IMG/VR virus record: IMGVR_UViG_3300032265_000877
Span: 1 to 64,000 of that record
Source of the DNA: a virus
Reading direction: 5' to 3' (one strand)
DNA length: 64,000 nt
Below, one piece after another: positions 1 to 8,895 of this stretch. The notes under the pieces are model-generated. The model saw only the letters and a program-made list of their open reading frames with translations. It was not told where the DNA came from and ran no database searches. How positions within the stretch are numbered: the stretch's first letter is position 1; each line of letters begins with the position of its first letter. Position numbers and translations under genes: made by a program.

Positions 1-42
1 GAGATCGGTCTTGGTGACGACCAGTATGTAATTGGAAACTAG
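1..42 (+). CDS. 3' end of a gene running in from outside the window (...EIGLGDDQYVIGN*)
   Basis: Open frame from base 1 to TAG at 40-42, directly followed by the next GTG start. Confidence 0.4.
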   Translation, partial: EIGLGDDQYVIGN

Positions 43-198
43 GTGAACCCCAACGGATTTCAGCACGACTTTGGTGCTGATGAGTGGAGTTATGAGTGTT
101 CAGCCTGTGGCTCTATGCTCTATACCCCAACCCTATATGAAATGCAGAAAGCCCTACCCAAGCACACACAAGGAGAAGATTGCCTAAATGGTTACTAG
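43..198 (+). CDS. small CxxC protein, 51 aa (MNPNGFQHDFGADEWSYECSACGSMLY...)
   Basis: Hand-translated and below the ORF-track cutoff. GTG follows the upstream stop, and the end overlaps the next start. CxxC...H...C could bind zinc. Confidence 0.55.
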   Translation: MNPNGFQHDFGADEWSYECSACGSMLYTPTLYEMQKALPKHTQGEDCLNGY

Positions 199-421
199 AG
201 AGATAACCTGCCCTACTTGCAACTCTAAACTAGAAGTCAAGAGTAGATTTGCCCACCTAGAACTAGCAAAACACAATGTTAAGGTGCATAAAACCACTCC
301 GGCAAAAACTCCGGCAAAGAAAGCCGTAGCAAAGAGAGCCGTAGCAAAGAGAGCCGTAGCAAAGAAGGCGACCCCACGCAGGAGAGCCCAACACAAACCC
401 ACGCTTGCCCCACAGGGCTAA
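188..421 (+). CDS. C2H2-like zinc finger with histone H1-like Lys/Ala-rich tail
   Basis: CPTC...H...H followed by TPAK/AVAKR repeats; AAGGAG upstream. Confidence 0.7.
   Translation: MVTREITCPTCNSKLEVKSRFAHLELAKHNVKVHKTTPAKTPAKKAVAKRAVAKRAVAKKATPRRRAQHKPTLAPQG
322..365 (+). repeat. 15-nt tandem repeat (AGCCGTAGCAAAGAG x3) encoding AVAKR
   Basis: Three copies visible at 322, 337 and 352. Confidence 0.9.
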
Positions 422-461
422 GGCTAGTAAGATCACCCCACAGAGTAGAAAAGGATAGAAA

Positions 462-740
462 ATGGTTAAGAAAGTAACTCGTACATTTACCGCAACACTA
501 GAGAAGAACCTAGAAAAGGGTGGCTCTTGGCTATGCCGTGTCGCAGTTCGTGATGAAAATGGAGAGACAAACTCTAAAGTAAGCGCGTGGTCTAACGCCT
601 CTGCTGGTAAGCGGTGGGTCAAGGCTGAGTTAGTAGAGATTACAAAGAGAAAGAGCCTTAAGTTCAGCGTTGTCCAAGCAGACGCTAATGAGAAGCCAAC
701 CCTTATCGCTGGTTCTATTGACTATAAGGTAGCGCTTTAA
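462..740 (+). CDS. hypothetical basic protein
   Basis: 92-aa ORF with AAGGA SD; stop overlaps the next start (TAATG). Confidence 0.75.
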   Translation: MVKKVTRTFTATLEKNLEKGGSWLCRVAVRDENGETNSKVSAWSNASAGKRWVKAELVEITKRKSLKFSVVQADANEKPTLIAGSIDYKVAL

Positions 741-1003
741 TGGAAGATAATCTCAACGCTGATTGGCACAACCCTTCAGGGAGAGATGTTGACGAGATTA
801 TGAATAGCGTCAAGGGTAGTAAAGACCACTTAGATGATTCTAAGTACGGCACTCCCAAAGCATTTGTAGAGAGATACGCGGTAGCCCTAGAGGAATATCT
901 AAATGACTCCGCTGGTAAAGGAGAGAGTCACATACACGACTTTGCTACCCTGACCCTATCTTTCACAGAGGCGTTCTTTCATACAGTAAATAACTTTAGT
1001 TGA
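740..1003 (+). CDS. hypothetical protein
   Basis: 87-aa ORF translationally coupled to the upstream gene. Confidence 0.75.
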   Translation: MEDNLNADWHNPSGRDVDEIMNSVKGSKDHLDDSKYGTPKAFVERYAVALEEYLNDSAGKGESHIHDFATLTLSFTEAFFHTVNNFS

Positions 1004-1100
1004 GAGCCTAGTAAGCGTTAAAGCGAATCTACCTTTCTAACGCTAAGGGCGGTCACGATGGCGCACTTTCACGCTTAGCCGTACCTGCGCTTACTAAGTT

Positions 1101-1131
1101 AAAAACCCCCTGCTACTCACAGGGGGTTTTT
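1101..1131. terminator. bidirectional rho-independent terminator between convergent gene blocks
   Basis: AAAAACCCCCTG-ctactca-CAGGGGGTTTTT perfect inverted repeat with A and T tails. Confidence 0.9.
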
Positions 1132-1144
1132 CTATTGAGAGAGA

Positions 1145-3181
1145 TTACTGGTTGTCTTTAATCAACTTTACTTCGCAAGCGTCTGTGGTGCAGTAAGACT
1201 CACCAACCGCGTCAGAAGCCATACCAGCGTAAACGCCAACAAAGTCAATAGGAAAGAGAGTCATACGATAGCCTTCGTACTCTTCTTCTGTGATCTGTGT
1301 GTAAGGCATTTGTGGATAGATATGGTTTCCTGATGGTAGGAAAGAGATAGTCTTTAATTGACCGTCATACAAATGTAGAACAGTGCCAACATCTTTAGAC
1401 TCGGTTTCAGGGTCAAACGACACAGTAACCGATACAGAGTTGTCGCTCCAATAGCGCTGAGCAGTAGCGGCAAGAGCCACCTTCTCATAGATAGACACAT
1501 CTTTCTCTGATCGCTTAGCATCTGACTTTACTGGAAAGAACACAACAGAAGTACCAGTTGGGTCTTCGCTGGCAGGCTCTACTAGATACTGTGCCATTTT
1601 GAAGAGAGGTAGCATAGGGTCTTCGTTACGGAAACGAATAGCGCGCAAGAAGTATTGACCGCCAACAGTCCAATGCACTCCAGGACTTTCACCTGCAAGG
1701 ATAGACACAGTTCCCGAAGGCTTTACAGTTGTAGTCTTAATAGACTCACGAATACCAAGCCACTCAGAGTAAGTTTTATCATAACTTTGAACAGTAGCGT
1801 AGCCTTCATCCATCCATTGACGGAGAGCAGGAAGCCCCTTGTTATCTGCAAAGTTAGCCACACCCGACATAGAAGTACCGATACGGCGATTGCGTTGCAT
1901 AATCGCGTTGGTTTCTTCCCAGTGAGTTGGGAGAAGAGTAACTGTCTTGGCATAGAGATAAGCAAACTTGAGAGTCCGCTTATAGTCCTCAATAGAGTCG
2001 TGTCGATTGAGGTAAGTTTCGACCAAAGTACAGCACTCATAGGACTCTAAAGACTGTTCAGCGCACGGGTTGTAACCCGCAGCCCTCCAGTCTTTGTTGT
2101 TGATGGGGTCGGCTAAGCGACCATACTTACGAGTTACATCCATCCAAAGAACTCCAGGCTCACCATTGAGAGCAATGCCGTCAATAATAGAGTCTAGATT
2201 AGAACCTACATTTACCTCTACTGAGTTGTTAGACATCCAAGCCCATCCAGGAGCTTCAGGGTCGTAAGAGTTACGCTCAGGAAATACTGTAGAGTTCTTT
2301 AGGTTAAGGAAGTCTTGGTCATCCAAGCGACCCATAAGCAGCTCAGCTGAGCGGCGGACATTGCCGGATACTACGCAGACACCAATTAGATTGCCAATAT
2401 CTGCAATATCTACTCTAGTTAGCTTTTGACCAGCCCTACCCTTGAATATATTACGGATATAGGTGTGCAATTTAATAAGAGGATCTGGGCCCGCAGCCGT
2501 GCCGCCAAAGATCTTGATGGGTACGCCCGCTGGACGGATTATCGAGTAGTCAAACTCGCAGATGGTTTGTTCTGGGCGCAGATACGAGTTGATTAGCATA
2601 CATACTGACTCAACCCACCCTTCGCGGGTATCTGGAATCTGGTAGGTGACGGGAGGCAACTTAGGCTCGTAGATAGTAAAGTCTTTATCCGCACCCTTAT
2701 CGTCAAAACCTACACCCACACCAAGCATTGAGGCTTCCATCAAGAAGGCAAATGGCTTGGATGGGTTGTTTTTGGTCATAGACTCAGTTGATACAAACGA
2801 GCAGTTCTGCAAGGCGGCTGAGTTCTTCTGCTCATTAACTAGGGGAGTACCCATAACCCATAGACCGCGGCCTGGGGGAGTCCACTTTAGATTAAAAAGT
2901 CGATCAAAAGCTTCTTTAGCCGAGGCCTGAGCTTTGGCATCATTCCAAGGCAATCGCTGGCTCTTACAGTGCTCTTTCTGAATAGAGTACATACCGTTGA
3001 TTACGCGCTCGCATACATCAACCCAAGTCTCTTTAGTGCCATCTTCCTTTAGTCTAGAGTAGGTTCGTAGGAAGGTAATCTCGCCAACAGAGTTACCCGC
3101 AGCGTCTTGATAACCCCACGGGACTTTCTTTGACTTGTAGCCTGATACGAAGTCGTCTGCAAGACGGAAGGACAGAGCCAT
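1145..3181 (-). CDS. nrdJ: class II (AdoCbl-dependent) ribonucleoside-triphosphate reductase, monomeric RTPR type
   Basis: RTYSR, PPGRGLW, NCSF, GNVRRSAE, NPCAEQ (catalytic Cys), TTVKPSGT, C-terminal CTTDAC redox pair. Confidence 0.93.
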   Translation of the reverse strand: MALSFRLADDFVSGYKSKKVPWGYQDAAGNSVGEITFLRTYSRLKEDGTKETWVDVCERVINGMYSIQKEHCKSQRLPWNDAKAQASAKEAFDRLFNLKWTPPGRGLWVMGTPLVNEQKNSAALQNCSFVSTESMTKNNPSKPFAFLMEASMLGVGVGFDDKGADKDFTIYEPKLPPVTYQIPDTREGWVESVCMLINSYLRPEQTICEFDYSIIRPAGVPIKIFGGTAAGPDPLIKLHTYIRNIFKGRAGQKLTRVDIADIGNLIGVCVVSGNVRRSAELLMGRLDDQDFLNLKNSTVFPERNSYDPEAPGWAWMSNNSVEVNVGSNLDSIIDGIALNGEPGVLWMDVTRKYGRLADPINNKDWRAAGYNPCAEQSLESYECCTLVETYLNRHDSIEDYKRTLKFAYLYAKTVTLLPTHWEETNAIMQRNRRIGTSMSGVANFADNKGLPALRQWMDEGYATVQSYDKTYSEWLGIRESIKTTTVKPSGTVSILAGESPGVHWTVGGQYFLRAIRFRNEDPMLPLFKMAQYLVEPASEDPTGTSVVFFPVKSDAKRSEKDVSIYEKVALAATAQRYWSDNSVSVTVSFDPETESKDVGTVLHLYDGQLKTISFLPSGNHIYPQMPYTQITEEEYEGYRMTLFPIDFVGVYAGMASDAVGESYCTTDACEVKLIKDNQ

Positions 3182-3285
3182 TTGTTTCCTCGGTTCTCTA
3201 GATGGTTTGTTAGTTTATTGATAAAAAACTTTGGGTTCAGCGGGAAGACGCTTTCTTACTCTGGTAGCGCCCTCTTATATGATAA

Positions 3286-4749
3286 CTACTCTTTGGTTAA
3301 GTTTTTAATTACCTCGGTAGTTTGCTCTTCATTAAGGCCGTTAGAGGGTAGTTCTTTAAGGACATTTGCCTTGTCTCCAAAGATAGAACTAAGGACTCCA
3401 GCACTACCTTGGCGCTCTACGGTCATCCTAATAAACTCCCGAGAATCATCCAATTCTTTAGTCGTCTTAATCAATTTGAAGAGCCGATCTATCTCTTTTG
3501 AAACGTTAGGGTCAGCGTATCCACCGTTCATTTCTTCAGCAAAACGCATAAAAGCGACCCTTTGACCTTGCATTTCAATGATGGCATTGATGAGGGACTT
3601 GAGTTGGTCTTTGGTCTTAACCTCAACTGGGAGCTTAAATGCGCACACAGATTGAGGCTTAAAAGCAGGGCAGTTAGCCGCTATAAAGCAGGTATCACAC
3701 ACCCGAAGACTGACTGATTGAGACTGAACAACAGGTACTTCTTTAAATACTTCTACCCCGTTTTCGAACTCAACTACCTGCTTCATCTCGTATCCAAAGA
3801 CAGGTAAATTGCCCATTTCTTCAGCGGTTCTAGGCTCTAACTTCCGCGCAGAAACACCCCTCTTATCACTATTAGCGGGGGCGATTTCTCCACTTTCATC
3901 ACTCACTGGTAAGTCGTTATTATCATATAACTTCTCGGTATCTTCTGGAATCACGCCGTTTAACCTCGCTTCATATTGCAGGTAAGACCACACTGCCAGA
4001 CGGCAGACTTCCTTATCATCATCTTCTAAAATCTTGTCTACATCTAACCCTGCTTTAAGGTAAGCGTTCCTATATCTAGGGCGCGCTTGATCTTTCATAC
4101 GGGCTGGGTAGCGTACCAGTTTTGTACCGTCCCAAACGATGGTTTCACCGTTACGCATAGGGGATAGCCAAGACATAGTGCTGGCGGTCTCAGCAGTAAT
4201 CTGCCGTAAAGTATCGGGCTTAGCCGACCCAAGTATATGAAAACGGGTGCCGTGCTTACGAACAAGTGTTCGCATTACAGTTATAAGCTGCTGGTTATCT
4301 TCTAGGGATTCGCCTGGAATAGCAATGTCTAAGTAGTTACTTCCGAGTAGATTAAGCTCAGCAAATCCAGATTCAGGGCTCCAAGCAGGTAAGAACTTAC
4401 TGGGCGGTACTTGAGACCAAGCTGACTTACGCTGCTGCGCTACAAACTCTTCATCCGCAGCTATTTCACTAAACATATTGATTCGGTCTATATTGTTTGC
4501 AATAAAGTCCTCATACTCAGCGGCAAAGTCCAGCAGAGCATCTGCTGTCAGCTCTTCTGATTTAGGTATGCCGGGGTATACATAGATGTAGAGGTGGTCT
4601 TTGAAGTAATTCTTCAGTAGATACGTCTTATTCTGGGGTAAACCGCGCTTAGTAAGCCCCCAAAAGCTGACTCCGACATGTGTAGCTGACGTGGACTCTA
4701 AAAGGGTACGGTTGCTTGGGACTTCTGCCCCGAGGTAGACAATCTTCAT
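3286..4749 (-). CDS. TGT/DpdA-like TIM-barrel protein (apparently degenerate) with C-terminal Cys cluster and helical domain
   Basis: The pattern YEDFI...FLPAW...DIAIPG...RFHILG...TASTMSWLSPMRNG resembles phage DpdA/TGT-like proteins; CDTCFIAANCPAF...C cluster. Fold assignment is by eye. Confidence 0.5.
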   Translation of the reverse strand: MKIVYLGAEVPSNRTLLESTSATHVGVSFWGLTKRGLPQNKTYLLKNYFKDHLYIYVYPGIPKSEELTADALLDFAAEYEDFIANNIDRINMFSEIAADEEFVAQQRKSAWSQVPPSKFLPAWSPESGFAELNLLGSNYLDIAIPGESLEDNQQLITVMRTLVRKHGTRFHILGSAKPDTLRQITAETASTMSWLSPMRNGETIVWDGTKLVRYPARMKDQARPRYRNAYLKAGLDVDKILEDDDKEVCRLAVWSYLQYEARLNGVIPEDTEKLYDNNDLPVSDESGEIAPANSDKRGVSARKLEPRTAEEMGNLPVFGYEMKQVVEFENGVEVFKEVPVVQSQSVSLRVCDTCFIAANCPAFKPQSVCAFKLPVEVKTKDQLKSLINAIIEMQGQRVAFMRFAEEMNGGYADPNVSKEIDRLFKLIKTTKELDDSREFIRMTVERQGSAGVLSSIFGDKANVLKELPSNGLNEEQTTEVIKNLTKE

Positions 4750-5210
4750 TGAACGCGGTGATCCTCTACGTAGGTCTCCTGCTGGCTTATAATCTCGCTC
4801 TTAATCTTTGCCCACGACTTTGCGCCCTGCCTGCCATCTGGACGGAACTTCTCATCCATATAAACTGGGTGAAGGAACATAAGGCTGGTTAAACCAATCT
4901 CGAGTAGTTTTGCGGCCAATGCAGGGTCAGCAGTTATTACTAGCTCGGCCCCGCTTTGTTGTCCACGACAGTACTCTACTTGGCGCAACTCAGGCCACTC
5001 GACACCCGCAGTCATCTCTAAACCAACCAAGTCATCTACTAAATTAACCTTGTTTTCACGCAACCAACGATCATCTTTTTCTTTGTGTGAGCAAAGCAGT
5101 AGAACGCGCCCTCTATCTTTTAAAATGCGATAAAGGGACATACCTTGCGGGATGGGGGCATTGGTTATGGGGTTACGGAGAACGCCATCAATAAACATAA
5201 GTGTTGCCAC
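4746..5210 (-). CDS. HAD-superfamily phosphatase-like protein
   Basis: N-terminal LMFIDGVL (motif I-like, first Asp absent); VLLLCS...WLREN pattern as in PNK-phosphatase-type HADs. Confidence 0.55.
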   Translation of the reverse strand: MATLMFIDGVLRNPITNAPIPQGMSLYRILKDRGRVLLLCSHKEKDDRWLRENKVNLVDDLVGLEMTAGVEWPELRQVEYCRGQQSGAELVITADPALAAKLLEIGLTSLMFLHPVYMDEKFRPDGRQGAKSWAKIKSEIISQQETYVEDHRVQ

Positions 5211-5243
5211 GAGTTGTACCCTACTACTAAATTACGATCTGTG

Positions 5244-6173
5244 TTATCTGCCGCCGACTGCGCGGCGTATTAAGGTATTAACGTCAGGTAGTTGCATACC
5301 GTATGTCTGTGCCTCAAAGTCTTTTTTACTCTTTGTTGCTATGTCTTTTAGTTTACGCAAGGCCTGGATAGACCCCGCTTCTTTACCCGCTTGCCAACGA
5401 TAATTAGACGGGTCTGTGTATCCTAAACCAGATGGGCTAAACGCGTAAGTTCTACCCTTATGTATTTCATCAAACAAAGCAACGCCTTGCTCTACGGCTA
5501 GCTTTAACGCAGCTTCTGCGTTTCTACGAGCAGTGTCGGTTGGGGCGCTACCAATAGCGGTTAGCGCGGCTGAGTAACGAGATAGGATGTCTGTAGTCAT
5601 AGAAACATCGCGAGCAACTTTCTGCTCTACCATCTTGTTTCTAGGTGGCGCTTTAACCTCAGGCTGAACAGTCCAGTCATCATTAGTTAATGAGTAGGCT
5701 GCGTAAGGCTTAATCTGACGAATATCAGACTTTACATTTACAAAGAAGGTAAGCTCGTAAGCATCTAAGAAGTTAGATGTAGCTGGATGCAAGTCTTTTC
5801 TAAAGTCTTCGTTAAACATATCTGCGATTTGTTTATCGCTAAGGGCTTTATACTCTGGATTAGACTGTCTAAACATAAGGTAGTTAATTCCTACCAAGCA
5901 ATCTAAGTCAGCTGGGGTACGAGCTGCCGTCCATTGGTAACTTACGCCAGAGCCAGCAATCCAAACAGAGGTATACCCCTCTGGGTTGTAGTAATGGTTG
6001 CGCAAGTGCTCGAATAGAATACGCAAGATGGCGGAGCGAACTGAAGGTACAAATTTATTATCCCTAAATAAGCGGGGATCTAGCCCTGCCCCAGGCGCAC
6101 TGAAGTATGAGGTCTCAGAGGGCTCTAAGGCTACAGGTGTGGCTTGTTTAGCAAGCGCTGCGTACAAGTCCAT
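5244..6173 (-). CDS. Pol-beta superfamily nucleotidyltransferase
   Basis: IAGSGVSYQW...ADLDCLV (GS...DxD), later YELTFFV third acidic strand, helical C-terminus. Confidence 0.75.
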   Translation of the reverse strand: MDLYAALAKQATPVALEPSETSYFSAPGAGLDPRLFRDNKFVPSVRSAILRILFEHLRNHYYNPEGYTSVWIAGSGVSYQWTAARTPADLDCLVGINYLMFRQSNPEYKALSDKQIADMFNEDFRKDLHPATSNFLDAYELTFFVNVKSDIRQIKPYAAYSLTNDDWTVQPEVKAPPRNKMVEQKVARDVSMTTDILSRYSAALTAIGSAPTDTARRNAEAALKLAVEQGVALFDEIHKGRTYAFSPSGLGYTDPSNYRWQAGKEAGSIQALRKLKDIATKSKKDFEAQTYGMQLPDVNTLIRRAVGGR

Positions 6174-6180
6174 TCAGATA

Positions 6181-6384
6181 TTATAGTTCGTTTTCGCGTT
6201 GTTCTTTGTAGGTAATGTCATAGCGTTTGGTTTTTTCCTCTGATTCTTCTTGGGCTTTAACCATAAACCCACAGCCTGTGTGAGCAGTTGCAAATCTATG
6301 ACCCCACATTAACGCCAGGGTCTCATTTTCTTCTGAGTCGGATTGAAATGATGCTCCGCAAGAACAGGACATTTCTATAAACAT
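6181..6384 (-). CDS. small zinc-binding protein
   Basis: CSCG...H..C; 67 aa. Confidence 0.65.
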   Translation of the reverse strand: MFIEMSCSCGASFQSDSEENETLALMWGHRFATAHTGCGFMVKAQEESEEKTKRYDITYKEQRENEL

Positions 6385-6452
6385 ACCATCCGCCTTTACT
6401 TAGCTGTGTATCTACAGTATACCTATTAAAACGGTCAGTAAAAGGGCAAAGG

Positions 6453-6998
6453 TTACTTATCTAGGCCTTTAGCTTTCATAGCTTTCTTTTGCACTTCCAT
6501 CTTTACAGGACAGAAATCGCATAGATAAACTTTAATTGTTGACTTACCAAGGCCTTCTGCTTTACGCTCTTTATTTGTTCCTGCGTCAAGTAATTTTCTA
6601 TCGTTTTTGTAATCACTGCAATCAGTGGTTCTATTGTGCAGTTGCCAACACTTCATAGCATCTTGGCTAAAGTTGTCTTTTGTCTCGTAGAAGTTAGTGC
6701 CAAAGGCATCAAGTCCGGCAGTTAGTGGGCTGCTCTTACCTGTGAACTGTTCTTTAATTTGAGCAATAATGGACGCTTTTACCTTTGGAGTCATCCAGTA
6801 AACAAAGTTAACGTCTGTAAGCATTCCCATATGGCCGCCACGCTCGTGGGGGGATACGGCAGCTTCTAGAAAAGGATTCTCTGATTGATCGTATTTGCCT
6901 TCACCAAGATACTTACCGTTCTTAGCGTAAGGAATCTCTTCAATGGTCTTACAAGTCTTGCAAACAAGCAGGTTAACGCGCTCTTCGTCCAGTTCCAT
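6453..6998 (-). CDS. hypothetical Cys/His-rich (zinc-binding) protein
   Basis: CKTC, CWQLH...C, CDFC motifs; leaderless promoter upstream. Confidence 0.75.
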   Translation of the reverse strand: MELDEERVNLLVCKTCKTIEEIPYAKNGKYLGEGKYDQSENPFLEAAVSPHERGGHMGMLTDVNFVYWMTPKVKASIIAQIKEQFTGKSSPLTAGLDAFGTNFYETKDNFSQDAMKCWQLHNRTTDCSDYKNDRKLLDAGTNKERKAEGLGKSTIKVYLCDFCPVKMEVQKKAMKAKGLDK

Positions 6999-7024
6999 GT
7001 GGTGATCCTATCATATGCGCCGAT

Positions 7025-7390
7025 TTACTTTTTCTTTAGTTTTGCTGCTGCTTCCTTCTGTGCTTTTCTCTGTGCGTAGGCTTTAATATCACGCTCTGTG
7101 CGTTCTGCCTCAACCTTTTTCTTGTGTGCTTCAATCTCGTCAGCCTCACTAACAATAGTTTTCTTTTCGGCTGGTTTTTTGACTGGTTTTTCAGCGGCCT
7201 TTTTAGGGGAGGCTACTGCCTCGGCAGCAGGCTTCACTTCGTTATTTTTTTCAGGGGCGCCCACGTTCTCTAACTGACGTGGCATAGCCAAAGGCTGTGG
7301 TGCTGGGGGTGTGTATGAACCACCCGCTACGCGGTCAATGAGGGACATGCGGCCTTGAGGCGCAGTCTTACCTGATAGTGGACGACCCAT
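7025..7390 (-). CDS. hypothetical Lys/Ala/Pro-rich protein
   Basis: 121-aa ORF coupled to the upstream gene. Confidence 0.7.
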   Translation of the reverse strand: MGRPLSGKTAPQGRMSLIDRVAGGSYTPPAPQPLAMPRQLENVGAPEKNNEVKPAAEAVASPKKAAEKPVKKPAEKKTIVSEADEIEAHKKKVEAERTERDIKAYAQRKAQKEAAAKLKKK

Positions 7391-7611
7391 TAGTATTTAT
7401 CGTACTCGTTGGGTACGTGACGCACGTGACCTTCTCCTGGCAAAAAGCTTTCTTTATTGCCTGTAGTATCGTGAGCAACTGAATAGTTTGGCATACCGTG
7501 TGAGTCAGAAACGTTATTCCGCATCCAACCAGCCGCGCTTCCTAGTGCGCCCATCATTTTTTCATGTGAGCCTACAGAACGGCGATCGTCTCTTGCTCTA
7601 TCTTTAGCCAT
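7390..7611 (-). CDS. small hypothetical protein (MAKDRARD...)
   Basis: Tightly packed ORF; N-terminus resembles the neighbour at 7613-7813. Confidence 0.7.
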   Translation of the reverse strand: MAKDRARDDRRSVGSHEKMMGALGSAAGWMRNNVSDSHGMPNYSVAHDTTGNKESFLPGEGHVRHVPNEYDKY

Positions 7612-7612
7612 G

Positions 7613-7813
7613 TTAGTCGTTTGACCTTCCTTTTTTACCTCTGCCTCGGTGGAAAACTATTTCTGGTTTACCTTCTGATTCAGGACCCACAGTACCTAGG
7701 TCTGTAACTTTTGTTATTTTAACGGCTGGCTTTGCAACTAATTTATCCTGCACGAAGTTGGGTAACCCTAGATTAGGTTTACGTGCAGGATCGTAAGCGC
7801 GGTCTTCAGCCAT
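7613..7813 (-). CDS. small hypothetical protein (MAEDRAYD...)
   Basis: Tightly packed ORF with overlapping stop/start. Confidence 0.7.
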   Translation of the reverse strand: MAEDRAYDPARKPNLGLPNFVQDKLVAKPAVKITKVTDLGTVGPESEGKPEIVFHRGRGKKGRSND

Positions 7814-8022
7814 TAGTTACCTGCTGGATTAACCTTAGAAGTGTCTTCAGAGTTGATGAAACCATAGTTGAAGTATGGATGGAGGCTAGCGCGGTTCTTG
7901 ACGACTAGTTCGTCACCCTGTCCAGCGGCTACCTCTGTGTTTGGACGGCGCTTACGGTACTTGCCGTCTGTTGCGCCCTCTTCCATAGAAGTGTTCTCAG
8001 AACGAAACTTATTAACGGTCAT
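7813..8022 (-). CDS. small hypothetical protein
   Basis: 69-aa ORF with ATGA overlap. Confidence 0.7.
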   Translation of the reverse strand: MTVNKFRSENTSMEEGATDGKYRKRRPNTEVAAGQGDELVVKNRASLHPYFNYGFINSEDTSKVNPAGN

Positions 8023-8249
8023 GCCATGCCGCCTTTCACGTGTGACTGCTTCATCCTACGGGAGCAGGATGGGCAGTGCTCTTGGTTCATCAATGATTGT
8101 ACTGGGTCAATACGCGAGCCACAGGCTTTACAGGCCTTATCTCCGTTATAAATGGTCTTGCTAAGGTCGCGTTGGGTTTGAAGGCCAACATCTTCTGCGC
8201 CAGCCATACCCTCACCTGTGCTGTCTGTGTATAGGCCTGGGTCTCTCAT
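8019..8249 (-). CDS. small zinc-ribbon protein
   Basis: CKAC...CPSC. Confidence 0.7.
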   Translation of the reverse strand: MRDPGLYTDSTGEGMAGAEDVGLQTQRDLSKTIYNGDKACKACGSRIDPVQSLMNQEHCPSCSRRMKQSHVKGGMA

Positions 8250-8536
8250 ACAACACCTTTACGAAGCTTGTTCACGGCCTTATTAATATCTCTTTTTCTA
8301 GTGGGAAGTGGGGCAGAGGCGCTCTTTTGACTCTTTCCGGCATAGGCGCGCAACTCAAATCCTTTTTTTGTTGTTCCAACTTCTTTTGGCGCAACGCGTA
8401 CTGAAGTAGACTCAGACCCTGTAGTTCGCGTACCAAGAGCGTTATCCAATTTGCTCTCAAACTTGTTGGGTGAGTACTGCAAACTATTAGCTGTTTGCTC
8501 ATGCCCAAACATAAAATCTGCTGTGTTACGGCCCAT
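8246..8536 (-). CDS. hypothetical basic protein
   Basis: 96-aa ORF with AGGAGG SD, coupled to neighbours. Confidence 0.7.
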   Translation of the reverse strand: MGRNTADFMFGHEQTANSLQYSPNKFESKLDNALGTRTTGSESTSVRVAPKEVGTTKKGFELRAYAGKSQKSASAPLPTRKRDINKAVNKLRKGVV

Positions 8537-8895
8537 TAAATTGTTCCTCCTAGTGAGTTAGTGCTGCTTGATTCCTGTGTATTAGGGGTCTGGCTAAAAT
8601 CAGACTCTACACGCTGAGCTGTAGCAATTTTGCGTGGCATCTTTGCCAAGTCTTCAATGGTAATTTCGTGTTCAGTATAACCAAAGCGCGCTGGGAATAG
8701 CTTAATCTGTGGCATAGGAGGGCGCACGTACTCTTGAATTTCTGCGCGCCCCATTGTCCATGCCGCCATTGATTGGCTTAATAGGCGTTCTTGATTAGAT
8801 TGAAATGGCCCGATGTATTCTTGCGGGGGATTGGCGGCCTCGGGCGGCGCTACCCACGGTCTACGTCCGTAGACTCCATCTGCGTACTTAGTCAT
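8536..8895 (-). CDS. hypothetical protein
   Basis: 119-aa ORF coupled to neighbours. Confidence 0.7.
   Translation of the reverse strand: MTKYADGVYGRRPWVAPPEAANPPQEYIGPFQSNQERLLSQSMAAWTMGRAEIQEYVRPPMPQIKLFPARFGYTEHEITIEDLAKMPRKIATAQRVESDFSQTPNTQESSSTNSLGGTI

Noticed and set aside
1004-1100. tRNA in the intergenic gap
   Set aside because: No T-loop GTTC motif, cloverleaf or CCA end; kept only as an unclassified structured element
3182-3285. Cobalamin riboswitch or NrdR box upstream of nrdJ
   Set aside because: The gap is only ~100 nt with one weak hairpin; no B12-box or NrdR consensus is recognisable on the coding strand
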